From: Thermoplasmatota archaeon
GTDB lineage: Archaea; Thermoplasmatota; E2; JACPAO01; JAHFTW01
Length of the DNA stretch: 64,000 nucleotides
Direction of reading: 5' to 3'
Assembly: GCA_035526765.1 (NCBI GenBank)
Contig: DATLBS010000014.1
Span: 15,612 to 79,611, forward strand
The notes under the pieces are model-generated. The model was given only the letters and a program-made list of their open reading frames with translations, searched no databases and was not told the origin of the DNA. A program made the translations under genes and the position numbers. Within the stretch, counting starts at the first letter, position 1. Each line of letters starts with the position of its first letter. Below are positions 47,298 through 56,894 of this stretch, one piece after another.

Positions 47298-48152
47298 TCA
47301 CGGCAAATCCATGATGACTTTGAGCGTTGCAATGGTGGTCTCAGTTGTTTGGGATCCTGCTCCGTAGTCAGCCACCGCCCCTACCATCCCGCCGTGTATC
47401 GTTAGTGGCCCGATTGTTCCTACGAACGTCAGAATCTCGTAGAATGTTTCGTTGAGCCAAGCATGTCGGGTGCCGTCGCTTTGGTGCCATCGGCCGCCGG
47501 TTATGGCGTTCCCCTGCGGAGGGCTTGTCTCTCCTGCCCCAATGAAATCATACAGGACGTCATCTTGGGTTGCCACGTGGTATTGCAGAGTTTGCCCAGT
47601 CACGGCGCCTTCCACGGTCCCCAGCCGAGCATGGAAGCCTGCTTTTTGGAACAAGGAGACCATTGATTGGTTTGCAGCAATCAATTCCAGGAGATAGAAG
47701 TCGCCTCGATTCGGGTCATGAGATTGCACGTCGGCCGGAACTTTTGCGGGCGCCGTCAAGGTTGCGTACCTAATGTCGTGAAGCACTTCCAGGCTGTCGA
47801 CCACCCCGGTGTCACAAAGGAAAATGCTGAAGTGGGCGAGTTCTAGATTCCCAGCCACGGGATCTGGCCGGTATCCATCTGGAAGCTGGGCCTTCATCTT
47901 GTCCGCGTCCGCGGCCAGGCTAGTGTAGTAGGCTTGGCAGCCGTTCATTTCCAGCTTCTTCGGGGATGCAGCAAGAACAAGGTTGCAAGCCGTGGAATTC
48001 TGCTTGCAAGAGTCAGGCGTCGATGTGGTGTCAAGCGTGGCTGTCGTCGAGGCGGTGCCGGAAGAGGTTGTGATTGGATTGTTGGTTCGTGAGCCGCAAC
48101 CTGCTAAGGAAAGCATGAGGACCAGGATGCAAGGGATCCAAGCAGTGCGCAT
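47298..48152 (-). CDS. Lipoprotein, hypothetical (island cargo)
   Basis: MRTAWIPCILVLMLSLAGCGS lipobox. Thr/Ser-rich linker. Abuts the upstream regulator gene. Confidence 0.55.
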   Translation of the reverse strand: MRTAWIPCILVLMLSLAGCGSRTNNPITTSSGTASTTATLDTTSTPDSCKQNSTACNLVLAASPKKLEMNGCQAYYTSLAADADKMKAQLPDGYRPDPVAGNLELAHFSIFLCDTGVVDSLEVLHDIRYATLTAPAKVPADVQSHDPNRGDFYLLELIAANQSMVSLFQKAGFHARLGTVEGAVTGQTLQYHVATQDDVLYDFIGAGETSPPQGNAITGGRWHQSDGTRHAWLNETFYEILTFVGTIGPLTIHGGMVGAVADYGAGSQTTETTIATLKVIMDLP

Positions 48153-48153
48153 G

Positions 48154-49839
48154 TTATGCATCTCCAGGATGTGTGGTCCTACTTTGCGTTTCCGGGGTTC
48201 GAATCCAGGGTAGCGCAATGGAAGCCGGATTGCTCGGGCCAGCCAATCGGGGGTGCAGCGCCCAGAGCGTGGTGCGGCCGGTGCGCGAACGCAGCAAGAC
48301 TCCATCGGCTTCCATCCGGCGCATGTGGTACGAGAAAAGGCTAGTTTTCGGCACGGGACTCCCGTGCAAGCCCAATGCCTTGCGAATCGAATCCGCGTCC
48401 ATCGGCGTGGCGGCTTGGCCTAGGATTTCGATGATGCTCTTGCGGATGGGGTGGCGCGAATCGGCCAGGGCATTCTGCACAATCCTATCAGATGCCCCCA
48501 GGGGGTAAGCGGGCTCGAAGTGTTGGCGGTGGCCGTGCGAATACACTTTGATGAGATCCGCGTCCGCAAGGATCTGGGCATGGAAATTGAGTGAAGAACG
48601 ACGCAAGCCCACGGTCTGCATTAGCTGCGGGGCGCCAATTCCGGGAACTTCCCGGATTAGTTTCAGCAGCTGGACGCGCGTGGGGTGTTCCAGGGGTTGG
48701 GCACGAGAATTTCTTAGCAGGAAAAACCGGATTCCCTTCGCAACGCTCGACGAGGAGGCAACAAGCCATGCAAGTAGACTGAAGCCGGCAAGGGCTCCTA
48801 GGGCCGGCAGCCATTCCCGAGTGCCAAAGACTGCCACCCCATCAATTCCAAGGTAGCTCGCTTCGCCATCCAATTTCCACTGGCTGCTGGGCGCCCCATA
48901 CCTGCCTTGGAACTTGAAGTCGCCAATGGTTTGAACAAGACCCAATTCTTTGTTCACGAATCGGGCGTCGACGCTCGTGCTCCCAACGTCAGCAAAGGCG
49001 ATGTCGCCGTCGTAATGACCCTCAAGGGATTCAAGAAGAGGATTCCAAAGACCGCCGCGGTCTTGTTGAAGATGAATCGCCGTTGAGGGGGCCGTGATGA
49101 GCACGGCAATACGGTCGTAGTATCCCGTCGTGGAATAGCCCAAGGGGTCGCTGAACTCTGTGCCCTGGTGGGGATAGATTCCGGTGTGGATAACGCGATC
49201 CCCACCCAGGGCAACGGATGACCCATACGCAAGAATCGCGAATTCCCCAGTGTATGACCGGGTATCGGCTTGTTCGTGATTCCAGCGGCCCGCTTGCTCG
49301 TAAGGGGCATAGTGGCGAGGCGCTTCATTGGTGCCTTGCAGTGTAAATTCATAGCGGTGATCTGGAATCTCAATCGACTGCTTCCCGGTCTCATCAAGCT
49401 GCAATCGGATGGCTTGATGCTCAGTCGGGGGGAGGAAACGAACGGCCGAAATGATTTGCTCGTTCCGGATCTCAACGGTACCAGTAAAAGCAAAGTCTTC
49501 GTTCTTCTGTTCCGGAGGCTCAGGGGCGTACGCAGCCCCTTGGCCCACGGGGCTCTCTCTGCTTGTTCTGGCCTTGGCCAGAGGATCCGAAAGAATTTGG
49601 ATGTGGGCGCCCGTAACGGAAAAATTGGCTGTGATGTTTCCTGAGTGCCAGAAGGATTCGAAGGCGATGCCGGCCAAGTTCGCGAGGCCCTGGTACCGGC
49701 CGTTCAAAGCAAGCGTGCCTGAGGAAACGATGTCGCCTGAAACATGGGTCGTATCAGGAGGCTTGGCGATGGCGGCCGGCAAGAAAGCCAGGATGCAGCA
49801 CGCCGCCGCAGCGACAATCTGAACCCTGCTTCCGGACAT
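48154..49839 (-). CDS. Membrane-tethered one-component regulator: signal peptide, extracellular domain, single TM, cytoplasmic tandem winged-helix domains
   Basis: Signal peptide MSGSRVQIVAAAACCILAFLPAAIA. TM helix LPALGALAGFSLLAWLVASS. C-terminal LIREVPGIGAPQLMQTVGLRRSSLNFHAQILADADLI plus a second wHTH. The cytoplasmic part is homologous to 28522-29070. Confidence 0.65.
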   Translation of the reverse strand: MSGSRVQIVAAAACCILAFLPAAIAKPPDTTHVSGDIVSSGTLALNGRYQGLANLAGIAFESFWHSGNITANFSVTGAHIQILSDPLAKARTSRESPVGQGAAYAPEPPEQKNEDFAFTGTVEIRNEQIISAVRFLPPTEHQAIRLQLDETGKQSIEIPDHRYEFTLQGTNEAPRHYAPYEQAGRWNHEQADTRSYTGEFAILAYGSSVALGGDRVIHTGIYPHQGTEFSDPLGYSTTGYYDRIAVLITAPSTAIHLQQDRGGLWNPLLESLEGHYDGDIAFADVGSTSVDARFVNKELGLVQTIGDFKFQGRYGAPSSQWKLDGEASYLGIDGVAVFGTREWLPALGALAGFSLLAWLVASSSSVAKGIRFFLLRNSRAQPLEHPTRVQLLKLIREVPGIGAPQLMQTVGLRRSSLNFHAQILADADLIKVYSHGHRQHFEPAYPLGASDRIVQNALADSRHPIRKSIIEILGQAATPMDADSIRKALGLHGSPVPKTSLFSYHMRRMEADGVLLRSRTGRTTLWALHPRLAGPSNPASIALPWIRTPETQSRTTHPGDA

Positions 49840-50001
49840 CGCGGCAACCACTCGCGTGTCCCTATAAATCTCTTGGCGCAGCGTTTGCTGGATTGTTCCA
49901 ATCAACGTTACACAGTTGATGATATACCCTGACTCCATCGCCGCGTTTCATATGGTTACGTCCGCGCCCTTCGCTTTGGTTCCCCTTCCACAGGAGGAAC
50001 G

Positions 50002-50613
50002 ATGAACGTCTGGTGGATGCTCTGCCTGGCGGGTGCCACCTGCGGGGCGGTGTTCGTCGCCTCGCATCTTCTTGGTCCCTATTTTCGGTGGTGGCGAGAG
50101 CAACCCCGCGAAACCCCCTTGGAACGCCGCCAACGCCGGCTCGCGAACGCCGTCGAGAACTCCTTCGGAGCAGCCGCGGACGGGCACCCCTGGGATGCCC
50201 GTTGGTGGGGTGCCAAGGCATGCCGCTTGGACCCGCGCGCACCATCGGCCATGCATTCGCTTGGACACGCCTGGATGCTCTGCAACCGACCCGTCCTGGC
50301 GTTGAAGCACCTTGAGCGCGCCGTCGTCTTGTTGGACGAGGGTGTGTGCGCGGATGACCCAATGGAGCTCACGGCGGAGATTGCCGTCGATGCCAGCCGA
50401 TGCTGCGCCATGCTCCGTCTCGATTGCACCGACCCTGTGGAGAAAGAACAGTGGGGGGAGGGCGTGCTGCGCTGGGCCCGCGTTGCCATCGAATCGAAAC
50501 CTGACGTGGCCCAGGAACTCCGTTCCAACCACTACTTGCGGGATCTAGAATCCGCGATCCACGTCCTGTTGACCAGCCTTGACTCCAAGGCGCAACCCCT
50601 GGGGATCCGCTAA
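50002..50613 (+). CDS. N-terminally anchored helical-repeat (TPR-like) protein
   Basis: MNVWWMLCLAGATCGAVFVASHLL TM anchor. Helical repeats follow. Confidence 0.4.
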   Translation: MNVWWMLCLAGATCGAVFVASHLLGPYFRWWREQPRETPLERRQRRLANAVENSFGAAADGHPWDARWWGAKACRLDPRAPSAMHSLGHAWMLCNRPVLALKHLERAVVLLDEGVCADDPMELTAEIAVDASRCCAMLRLDCTDPVEKEQWGEGVLRWARVAIESKPDVAQELRSNHYLRDLESAIHVLLTSLDSKAQPLGIR

Positions 50614-50875
50614 TGCTTGCGCCTCTGCTTTTCCACGCGTCACCTCAAAACGGGAAACCCTCGGGTTCGGGGCTGCCGCCGAGCAAACGCGTGGAATGTG
50701 TGTCATGTTGCTCGCGTGGCAGCCCCGTTTTCCTCTCTAATCCCCAACTTGCAACTGGCAATCCCATGCCAAGAGCCCACCGTCAATTTGAATCTATGAA
50801 ACCGGCACCCGCATCGTCATCCCCATCTCGCCGGGTCCTCTTCCCCATCCCAAAACATCAGGAGATTGACCACCC

Positions 50876-53800
50876 TTGACATTGAATTTTGCCGCTTCGA
50901 AGAAATCCCCGTTGCCTTTCTTGGTGGCGGCCCTCCTGGTCGCTGGGGCCTTCGCGCACGGGGTGGGTGCCCAATCGGATCCGCCCATCAATTGCCAAGC
51001 ACTCGTGATCGGCCCGATTCCCGACGTCGGGCCAATCCCTTTGCCGCTAGTCCCTGGCGGGGGGATTCCCAAGCTGGGCCCGTGCACCGCTTTCCAACTT
51101 TTCAACACCTTCGTGCAAAAGGACCAGAACCGTGACGGCGCCGGCGACGATTGGCAGAAATCCTACGACCTCGACGTCCTGGGCGGCGACACGGATCACG
51201 ACGGCTTGACGGACCTGAACGAGTACAAGTGGCTCTCCAATCCCATCGTCGCAGACAGCGATGCGGATGGTTGGCAGGATGGGCCCGAAGCTTCTTACTG
51301 GAGCAAGATGGCCAGATCGGAAGCCAATCCCCCACCCGTTGCAGGGTACGCCGTTGCCGGACCCGGATCCCAACTCGATACCGACGGCGACCATGTGCCC
51401 AACATCATGGACGCAGATTCCGACAACGATGGACTGCTGGATGGAGCGGAGAGCAATATCTACCACACGGACCCCGCGGTGGCCGACACGGACCAGGACG
51501 GCATCCTGGACGGAGGAGTCACACCCCTTGGTGCCCCTCACATCAATGGAGAAGTCCATGACTACGGCACCAATCCAGTCCAAGGCGATTCCGACGGGGA
51601 CGGCTTGGAGGATGCCCAAGAAATCCAGTACTGGCAAAGCCGCGGCAACCTGACCACCGGTGCCAACCGCGTGGACACGGACCATGACGGACTATGGAAC
51701 GCCGTCGACCTGGACTCCGACAACGACGGATTGAGCGACGGCGAAGAAGTCACAACCTATCACAGCGACCCAACGTTGAGCGACACGGATGGCGACTCGA
51801 TGCCCGACGCCTGGGAGGCCCACCACAGCTTGGACCCAGCAAGTGCGGCGGATGCAAACCTCGACGCCGACGGTGATGAACTCGCGAATGTGGCCGAGTA
51901 CCAAGCCGACACGGATCCCCATGACATGGACACCGACAACGACCTCCTGCTGGACGGCGAGGAAGTCAACACGTACCACACCAATCCCTTGAACGGGGAT
52001 TCGGATTCGGACGGGATGCCGGATCGTTTCGAGATCCAGCACGGCCTGCTCCCTCTGGACGCAACGGATGCCGTAGCCGACCCGGATGGGGACTCCTTCG
52101 ACCAAGGCGCGGACGGCAGCATCGAACAAGCCTGGCCCAACCTCGCTGAATACCAGTACGGCCGCCCCATCGGATACTCAGAGGCCGCCTCCGGCCCGTG
52201 GTTGGCTGGCACGGATCCCCACAAGGCTGACACCGACGGCGACGGCGCTCCCGACGGTTACGAGGCATACTATGGAACGAACCCTGTCCTTCCTGCGGAT
52301 GGCAGCACCGATGAGGACAAGGATGGCCTCAACTTCACGCAAGAAGTACGCCACGGCACCGACCCAGGCGACCCCGACACCGATGGCGACGGGTTGTGCG
52401 ATGGCGGACGCGCCGCCAATTGCTTCTTCCCGGGGCTGGGCACCACAGGCTTCCAGCCGGGAGAATCCGATTACGGCTCCGTGCCTTGGATGACGGATTC
52501 GGATGGCGATGGCATCCCCGATGGCCAGGAAGCCCAGAAATGGGACCCGAGCGCCACCGGCCGCGCCCAAGACCTCGACCACGACTCCTTGGGCGGGATC
52601 ATCGACTCTGACAGTGACGGCGACGGGCTGGCGGATGGCTCCGAGATTGTATATCATGCCGACATGGCTGTGTCCGATTCCGACCAGGACGGCCTCAATG
52701 ACGGCCCCGAGGTCAACACTTGGGCCACTAGTCCCACTAGCACGGATAGCGACCAGGACGGCCTCTTGGATGGAGCGGAAGCCATGGCCCACCACACGGA
52801 TCCCGCTGTGGCGGATTCGGATGGGGATGGGGTTGGCGACGGCCAAGAAGTCAACAGGTTGGGAACCGACCCGTTGAGCGCGGATACCGATCAGGATCAT
52901 CTGCCGGATGGTTGGGAAGCCGCGGAAGGCACGCAGCCTCGCGTTTCAGATGCGGGCCAGGACATCGACATCGATGGCCTCTCCAACGCCTATGAATTCA
53001 TCATTGGCACCCACCCAAACTCGAAGGATTCCGATGGAGACGGTATGCCTGACACTTACGAGGACACCTACCTTCTGGACCCCGCACACGACACCGCCGC
53101 CGGTGACGCAGATGGGGACGGGCTTGCCAACCTGGACGAGTACGCCCAAGGCACGAATCCGTTGGTGGTCGACAGCGATGGCGACGGCATCGACGACGGT
53201 CCCGAAATCCACTTGCACCAAACGAATCCATTGATGAATGACACCGACAACGATGGCCTGGGGGACGGCGTCGAGTTGGCGGCGTGGAACATGCTTGGCT
53301 CCTCGGCATGGAACACCAACTATGATGGCGACACGTTTGCCAACAACCTCCTCGACTCGGACTCCGATGGGGACCAGCTCTCTGATGGGTACGAGTTCGT
53401 CACCAGCCACACCGACCCCAAGGACACGGATTCCGATGGCGACGGCTTGACCGACTACCAAGAGGTCTTCGTGTACCAGGGCCAATACGACCCCAACAAG
53501 GCCGACACCGATGGCGACGGCCAAAGTGACGGCGTCGAGGTCGCCTTGGCGGACACCAATGGGGATGCCGACAAGGACGGCATCAAGAACGGCGACGAGG
53601 GCTCGGTCTACGGCACCGATCCAACCGTCGCGGATACGGATTGCGATGGCATCAACGACGGCCCCGAGCTTGCCTATTGGGGAGCAACGTGGAGTATGGG
53701 CGGGAACCGGTTGAGGCAAGGCGACGTCGATGGAGACACGTTGAAGGACGGCCTCGAGATTGCGTCCATGGATGCCCCTGGGGGCACCTTCACGCGCACC

Positions 53801-55744
53801 TTGCCCGACAAGGCGGACAGCGACAACGATCTTTTGGGGGACGCCGTGGAGGCCCAGAACAATGCCCGCGTCACCTGCGGCACCAGCAGCCAACGATTGG
53901 GCCCCGTCAACCCTCTGGGAGGCTTGAACGTGGTCGAGGTCGCCAACAACGCTGCAGCACTTGCCACGTTGGGTCCGGGGGTCTATTATCGGGGGCCGGA
54001 TGGCAATGTGTACGCCAAGGACCTCAACGGGCTCTTTGTCCAGGGCGGCTACGGCATCCACCTCTACCTGAACTTGCCCGGCAAGTCCGCGAACCCGTTG
54101 AGTCAACTCAGCGTCAAGCCAAGCTCAGCCACGTATGCGTCCATGTCGCCGGGCACGAACGGCAAACGGACCGACCCCTTGAAGCCGGACACGGATGGCG
54201 ATGGATTGCTGGATGGCGTCGAGATCACGGCGTCGTTGAATCCGTTTTCTGGGCCTCCATTGGATCCAACGTTGTGCGATACGGACCATGATGGGCTTGG
54301 TGATGGCTTGGAGTTGGGCCTGACTTTGGGGGTGCCTGTCCAGAATGGAGCCGACCCCTCCTGCAATCAACGTGACATGGATCCCGCCACGAAGACCGAC
54401 CCGAACAACCCTGACACGGATGGGGATGGCGCAACGGATGGTCGTCCTGCGCAGGCCAGGGGTCAGGCGTTCGAGGACGGGAACGGCAATGGCCGCTTGG
54501 ATGGTGCCACGAGTGGATATTGTGGCATCCCGGGCGCCGAATCGGATCCCCAGGACGCCGACACTGACGATGATGGGATCAGTGATGGCGCTGAAATCCT
54601 AGGGAGCTTGGGTGGCATCCAAACCAGCCCGTATTGCTTCGATTTGGATGGGGATGGCCTCTCGGATGGTTTGGAGCAGGGCCTGGGGCCTGGCCAATTC
54701 GTGCCGGCCACGACTAGTGGTGGGGTTCTTGTGCAAGGCACCAATCCCGCTCACACCGTGTCCATGGGAAGCTTCGCGTGGCCGACTTGGCAAGCCTGGT
54801 CGGGAACCACCGACTCGGCAAGCCGAAAAATCACGACGCTTGTGGATGATGGCGATTCTGACAATGATGGCGTCATCGATGGCCTAGAGGATTTGAACCA
54901 TAACGGCAAGTTCGGAACCACGGATAGCGCAGAATTGGATGCCAAGAGTCCTGACACGGATGGCGACGGTTTGGCGGATGGCTTGGAGTTGATGATTTGG
55001 GGTTCGACCAGCAATCCCAATTTCACGCCTTACACGTTCCCGGATGCCGTGGCCCAGTGGCACGCGGTGTCCTTGCTGGATGTGAAGCAGAAGCTGCAAT
55101 GGAATCCCGCCAACAAACTCCAAACGGATCCCCGCAACGCGAATACGGACGGCACGGACCTCATTCCGGACGGCCTGGACGTGAATCCCTTGGGGGACGC
55201 CAAGATGACGTTGACATTCGGCTTCTTCCAGATGTTGGAGAAACCCGATGCCGACTGTCCGTGGTGCGAAGACGGTTGGGCGCCTGACGTAAAAATCAGC
55301 TTGTTGGCCACTCTTCCATCGAATGTCGGTTTCACTGCAAACACCATTGAATTGGATCTTCCTCGTGCCAAAGAAGGATTCGACTTAGGTGGTTGGCTTA
55401 ACGCGCATGCGAACTTTGTGACGGATACGGGTTCGCCATCAGGCGTGATGGGATTGGTTTGGACAGGGGGCCGAGTCTTGATGGATCTCTATGACTCTGT
55501 TGATCAATTCCCAACGACATCCGCCTGCAAAGACGCCGTCTGTTTGAGCCTGCATTTCCGGGAAATTGATGACGCACCCTTCGAACCGGATTCGAATGAC
55601 AATGATGTTGATTTTGAACCCTGCAGACGGCCGAACATACTATGGGCAAAACAGCATCCAAGACGAGCCCATTGGCTTTGCCGCGAGCCCCTGTGCCAGC
55701 GGCTTGCCAAGAATCGAGATGCGTGGTGTCGGCGATCCGAATGA
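50876..55744 (+). CDS. Giant (1622+ aa) secreted protein with dozens of thrombospondin-type-3-like Ca-binding repeats (DxDxDGxxDxxE); probable frameshift near 55620, with the reading frame continuing to 55889
   Basis: Signal peptide (TTG start) MTLNFAASKKSPLPFLVAALLVAGAFAHG. Repeats DTDHDGLTDLNE, DSDADGWQDGPE, DSDNDGLLDGAE, DTDQDGILDG, DSDGDGLEDAQE and so on throughout. The last 40 codons of this frame are Arg/Cys/Trp-rich junk, while the +1 frame (55566-55889) continues with protein-like sequence. Confidence 0.75.
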   Translation: MTLNFAASKKSPLPFLVAALLVAGAFAHGVGAQSDPPINCQALVIGPIPDVGPIPLPLVPGGGIPKLGPCTAFQLFNTFVQKDQNRDGAGDDWQKSYDLDVLGGDTDHDGLTDLNEYKWLSNPIVADSDADGWQDGPEASYWSKMARSEANPPPVAGYAVAGPGSQLDTDGDHVPNIMDADSDNDGLLDGAESNIYHTDPAVADTDQDGILDGGVTPLGAPHINGEVHDYGTNPVQGDSDGDGLEDAQEIQYWQSRGNLTTGANRVDTDHDGLWNAVDLDSDNDGLSDGEEVTTYHSDPTLSDTDGDSMPDAWEAHHSLDPASAADANLDADGDELANVAEYQADTDPHDMDTDNDLLLDGEEVNTYHTNPLNGDSDSDGMPDRFEIQHGLLPLDATDAVADPDGDSFDQGADGSIEQAWPNLAEYQYGRPIGYSEAASGPWLAGTDPHKADTDGDGAPDGYEAYYGTNPVLPADGSTDEDKDGLNFTQEVRHGTDPGDPDTDGDGLCDGGRAANCFFPGLGTTGFQPGESDYGSVPWMTDSDGDGIPDGQEAQKWDPSATGRAQDLDHDSLGGIIDSDSDGDGLADGSEIVYHADMAVSDSDQDGLNDGPEVNTWATSPTSTDSDQDGLLDGAEAMAHHTDPAVADSDGDGVGDGQEVNRLGTDPLSADTDQDHLPDGWEAAEGTQPRVSDAGQDIDIDGLSNAYEFIIGTHPNSKDSDGDGMPDTYEDTYLLDPAHDTAAGDADGDGLANLDEYAQGTNPLVVDSDGDGIDDGPEIHLHQTNPLMNDTDNDGLGDGVELAAWNMLGSSAWNTNYDGDTFANNLLDSDSDGDQLSDGYEFVTSHTDPKDTDSDGDGLTDYQEVFVYQGQYDPNKADTDGDGQSDGVEVALADTNGDADKDGIKNGDEGSVYGTDPTVADTDCDGINDGPELAYWGATWSMGGNRLRQGDVDGDTLKDGLEIASMDAPGGTFTRTLPDKADSDNDLLGDAVEAQNNARVTCGTSSQRLGPVNPLGGLNVVEVANNAAALATLGPGVYYRGPDGNVYAKDLNGLFVQGGYGIHLYLNLPGKSANPLSQLSVKPSSATYASMSPGTNGKRTDPLKPDTDGDGLLDGVEITASLNPFSGPPLDPTLCDTDHDGLGDGLELGLTLGVPVQNGADPSCNQRDMDPATKTDPNNPDTDGDGATDGRPAQARGQAFEDGNGNGRLDGATSGYCGIPGAESDPQDADTDDDGISDGAEILGSLGGIQTSPYCFDLDGDGLSDGLEQGLGPGQFVPATTSGGVLVQGTNPAHTVSMGSFAWPTWQAWSGTTDSASRKITTLVDDGDSDNDGVIDGLEDLNHNGKFGTTDSAELDAKSPDTDGDGLADGLELMIWGSTSNPNFTPYTFPDAVAQWHAVSLLDVKQKLQWNPANKLQTDPRNANTDGTDLIPDGLDVNPLGDAKMTLTFGFFQMLEKPDADCPWCEDGWAPDVKISLLATLPSNVGFTANTIELDLPRAKEGFDLGGWLNAHANFVTDTGSPSGVMGLVWTGGRVLMDLYDSVDQFPTTSACKDAVCLSLHFREIDDAPFEPDSNDNDVDFEPCRRPNILWAKQHPRRAHWLCREPLCQRLAKNRDAWCRRSE

Positions 55745-55889
55745 TGAGGACGGGCTACTGACCCTCACTCCGGATATCACAGTATTCGGGAATTTCCTGG
55801 ACAATGCCCGCGTCCACTCCGCCAACCCAAGCGGCGTTGTCATGCCCCCCACAACTAGCGTGCCGCGACAACTTGCTGGTGGCTGCTAA
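55566..55889 (+). other. Probable authentic C-terminal continuation of the giant repeat protein in the +1 frame (frameshift, pseudogene or sequencing indel), carrying the conserved LPRIEMRGVGDPNDEDGLLTLTPDITVFGNFLDNARVH module
   Basis: From about 55625 the sequence reads ADGRTYYGQNSIQDEPIGFAASPCASGLPRIEMRGVGDPNDEDGLLTLTPDITVFGNFLDNARVHSANPSG.., which matches the repeat-protein style (DPNDEDG). Confidence 0.5.
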
Positions 55890-56894
55890 ATGCGAACCAC
55901 TGGCGCGCATCGAACTCCGCAGTCCACTAGCGCGCCCTCTTCCCCCCCTTCTTCTCCTGATGCCCAGCCCCCAACATCATTCTCTGATCGGTTTGCTGCT
56001 CGAAACTTCAGGCAGGTAACACTCTTGTGTCTTGCCGCTTGGGTGCTTTTTCGGATATTCTACGCCCCCTTCGATGGTTGGATTCTAACGCACTCTGATT
56101 CGCCGCATCCGGGGTCAGGAATTCAGAACCCTGCCCTCCTGAGCCTGCATGGCGCTGGTTGGTTCTTCATTGGACTAGGCATCCTCTGGTGCGTTATTTC
56201 GGCCCGTCAGCGAGGCATCACCGATTCTGCATGGTTTGCATTTTTCTCCTTGGCGGCGGGGTTCATTGGCTTGACCTGGATGACGCCTGGCGTCTTGGAT
56301 GCTGAATATCGCAACGGCATCGGATTCAAGGTCGCAACAGAGTCCGGCCTGGTCCTTCTTGCCATCGTATTCCTGGTCACTCCTAGACTTCCCAGATTGG
56401 TGATGGGCACGGACCACACCTCACGCCCGCCAAGAATTGCCAAAGCGAAGTCGCTTCTGCCTGTATCATTGAGGGTTGAACTCTTGGTACTCTCCGCGGT
56501 CCTGTTGTGCGCGTGGGGCATCTCGGCATGGACTCTGCAACGAGAATGGCAGCCCAGTCAAGGATTTTCGACAAATGCGCTCTACGCAGCAGGATCGCCC
56601 CTGCCTTTTCTGGCTGCGAGTTTTGCGCTGATGCTGTTCCATCAATTTCCGATGACCCAGGTCGCGCGGCGCATTCTCTTCTGGCTCTTGATTCCACTGC
56701 AGGGCTTGGCACTCGTCTTGTTTTTGGTTTCCGGGCCCACTGCCCTCCTTGCGGGAGGGACGGATGCTCTATTGGTTGCAATGGTCTTGGTCCAGGCCGC
56801 GGCGCATGCCTGGTGGATATGGACGACAATTCATGTCTGCAGACCCCTATTTGGGTGGCGTGTCCACTGGCAGAGCCCTTCCCAAGGATTGTGA
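55890..56894 (+). CDS. Polytopic integral membrane protein (about 8 hydrophobic segments), hypothetical
   Basis: Segments LLCLAAWVLFRIFYAPF, WFFIGLGILWCVI, AWFAFFSLAAGFIGLTWM, LVLLAIVFLVT, LLVLSAVLLCAWGISAW, LPFLAASFALMLF, ILFWLLIPLQGLALVLFLV, LLVAMVLVQAAAHAWWIW. Flanked on both sides by copies of the 36-aa module. Confidence 0.6.
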   Translation: MRTTGAHRTPQSTSAPSSPPSSPDAQPPTSFSDRFAARNFRQVTLLCLAAWVLFRIFYAPFDGWILTHSDSPHPGSGIQNPALLSLHGAGWFFIGLGILWCVISARQRGITDSAWFAFFSLAAGFIGLTWMTPGVLDAEYRNGIGFKVATESGLVLLAIVFLVTPRLPRLVMGTDHTSRPPRIAKAKSLLPVSLRVELLVLSAVLLCAWGISAWTLQREWQPSQGFSTNALYAAGSPLPFLAASFALMLFHQFPMTQVARRILFWLLIPLQGLALVLFLVSGPTALLAGGTDALLVAMVLVQAAAHAWWIWTTIHVCRPLFGWRVHWQSPSQGL

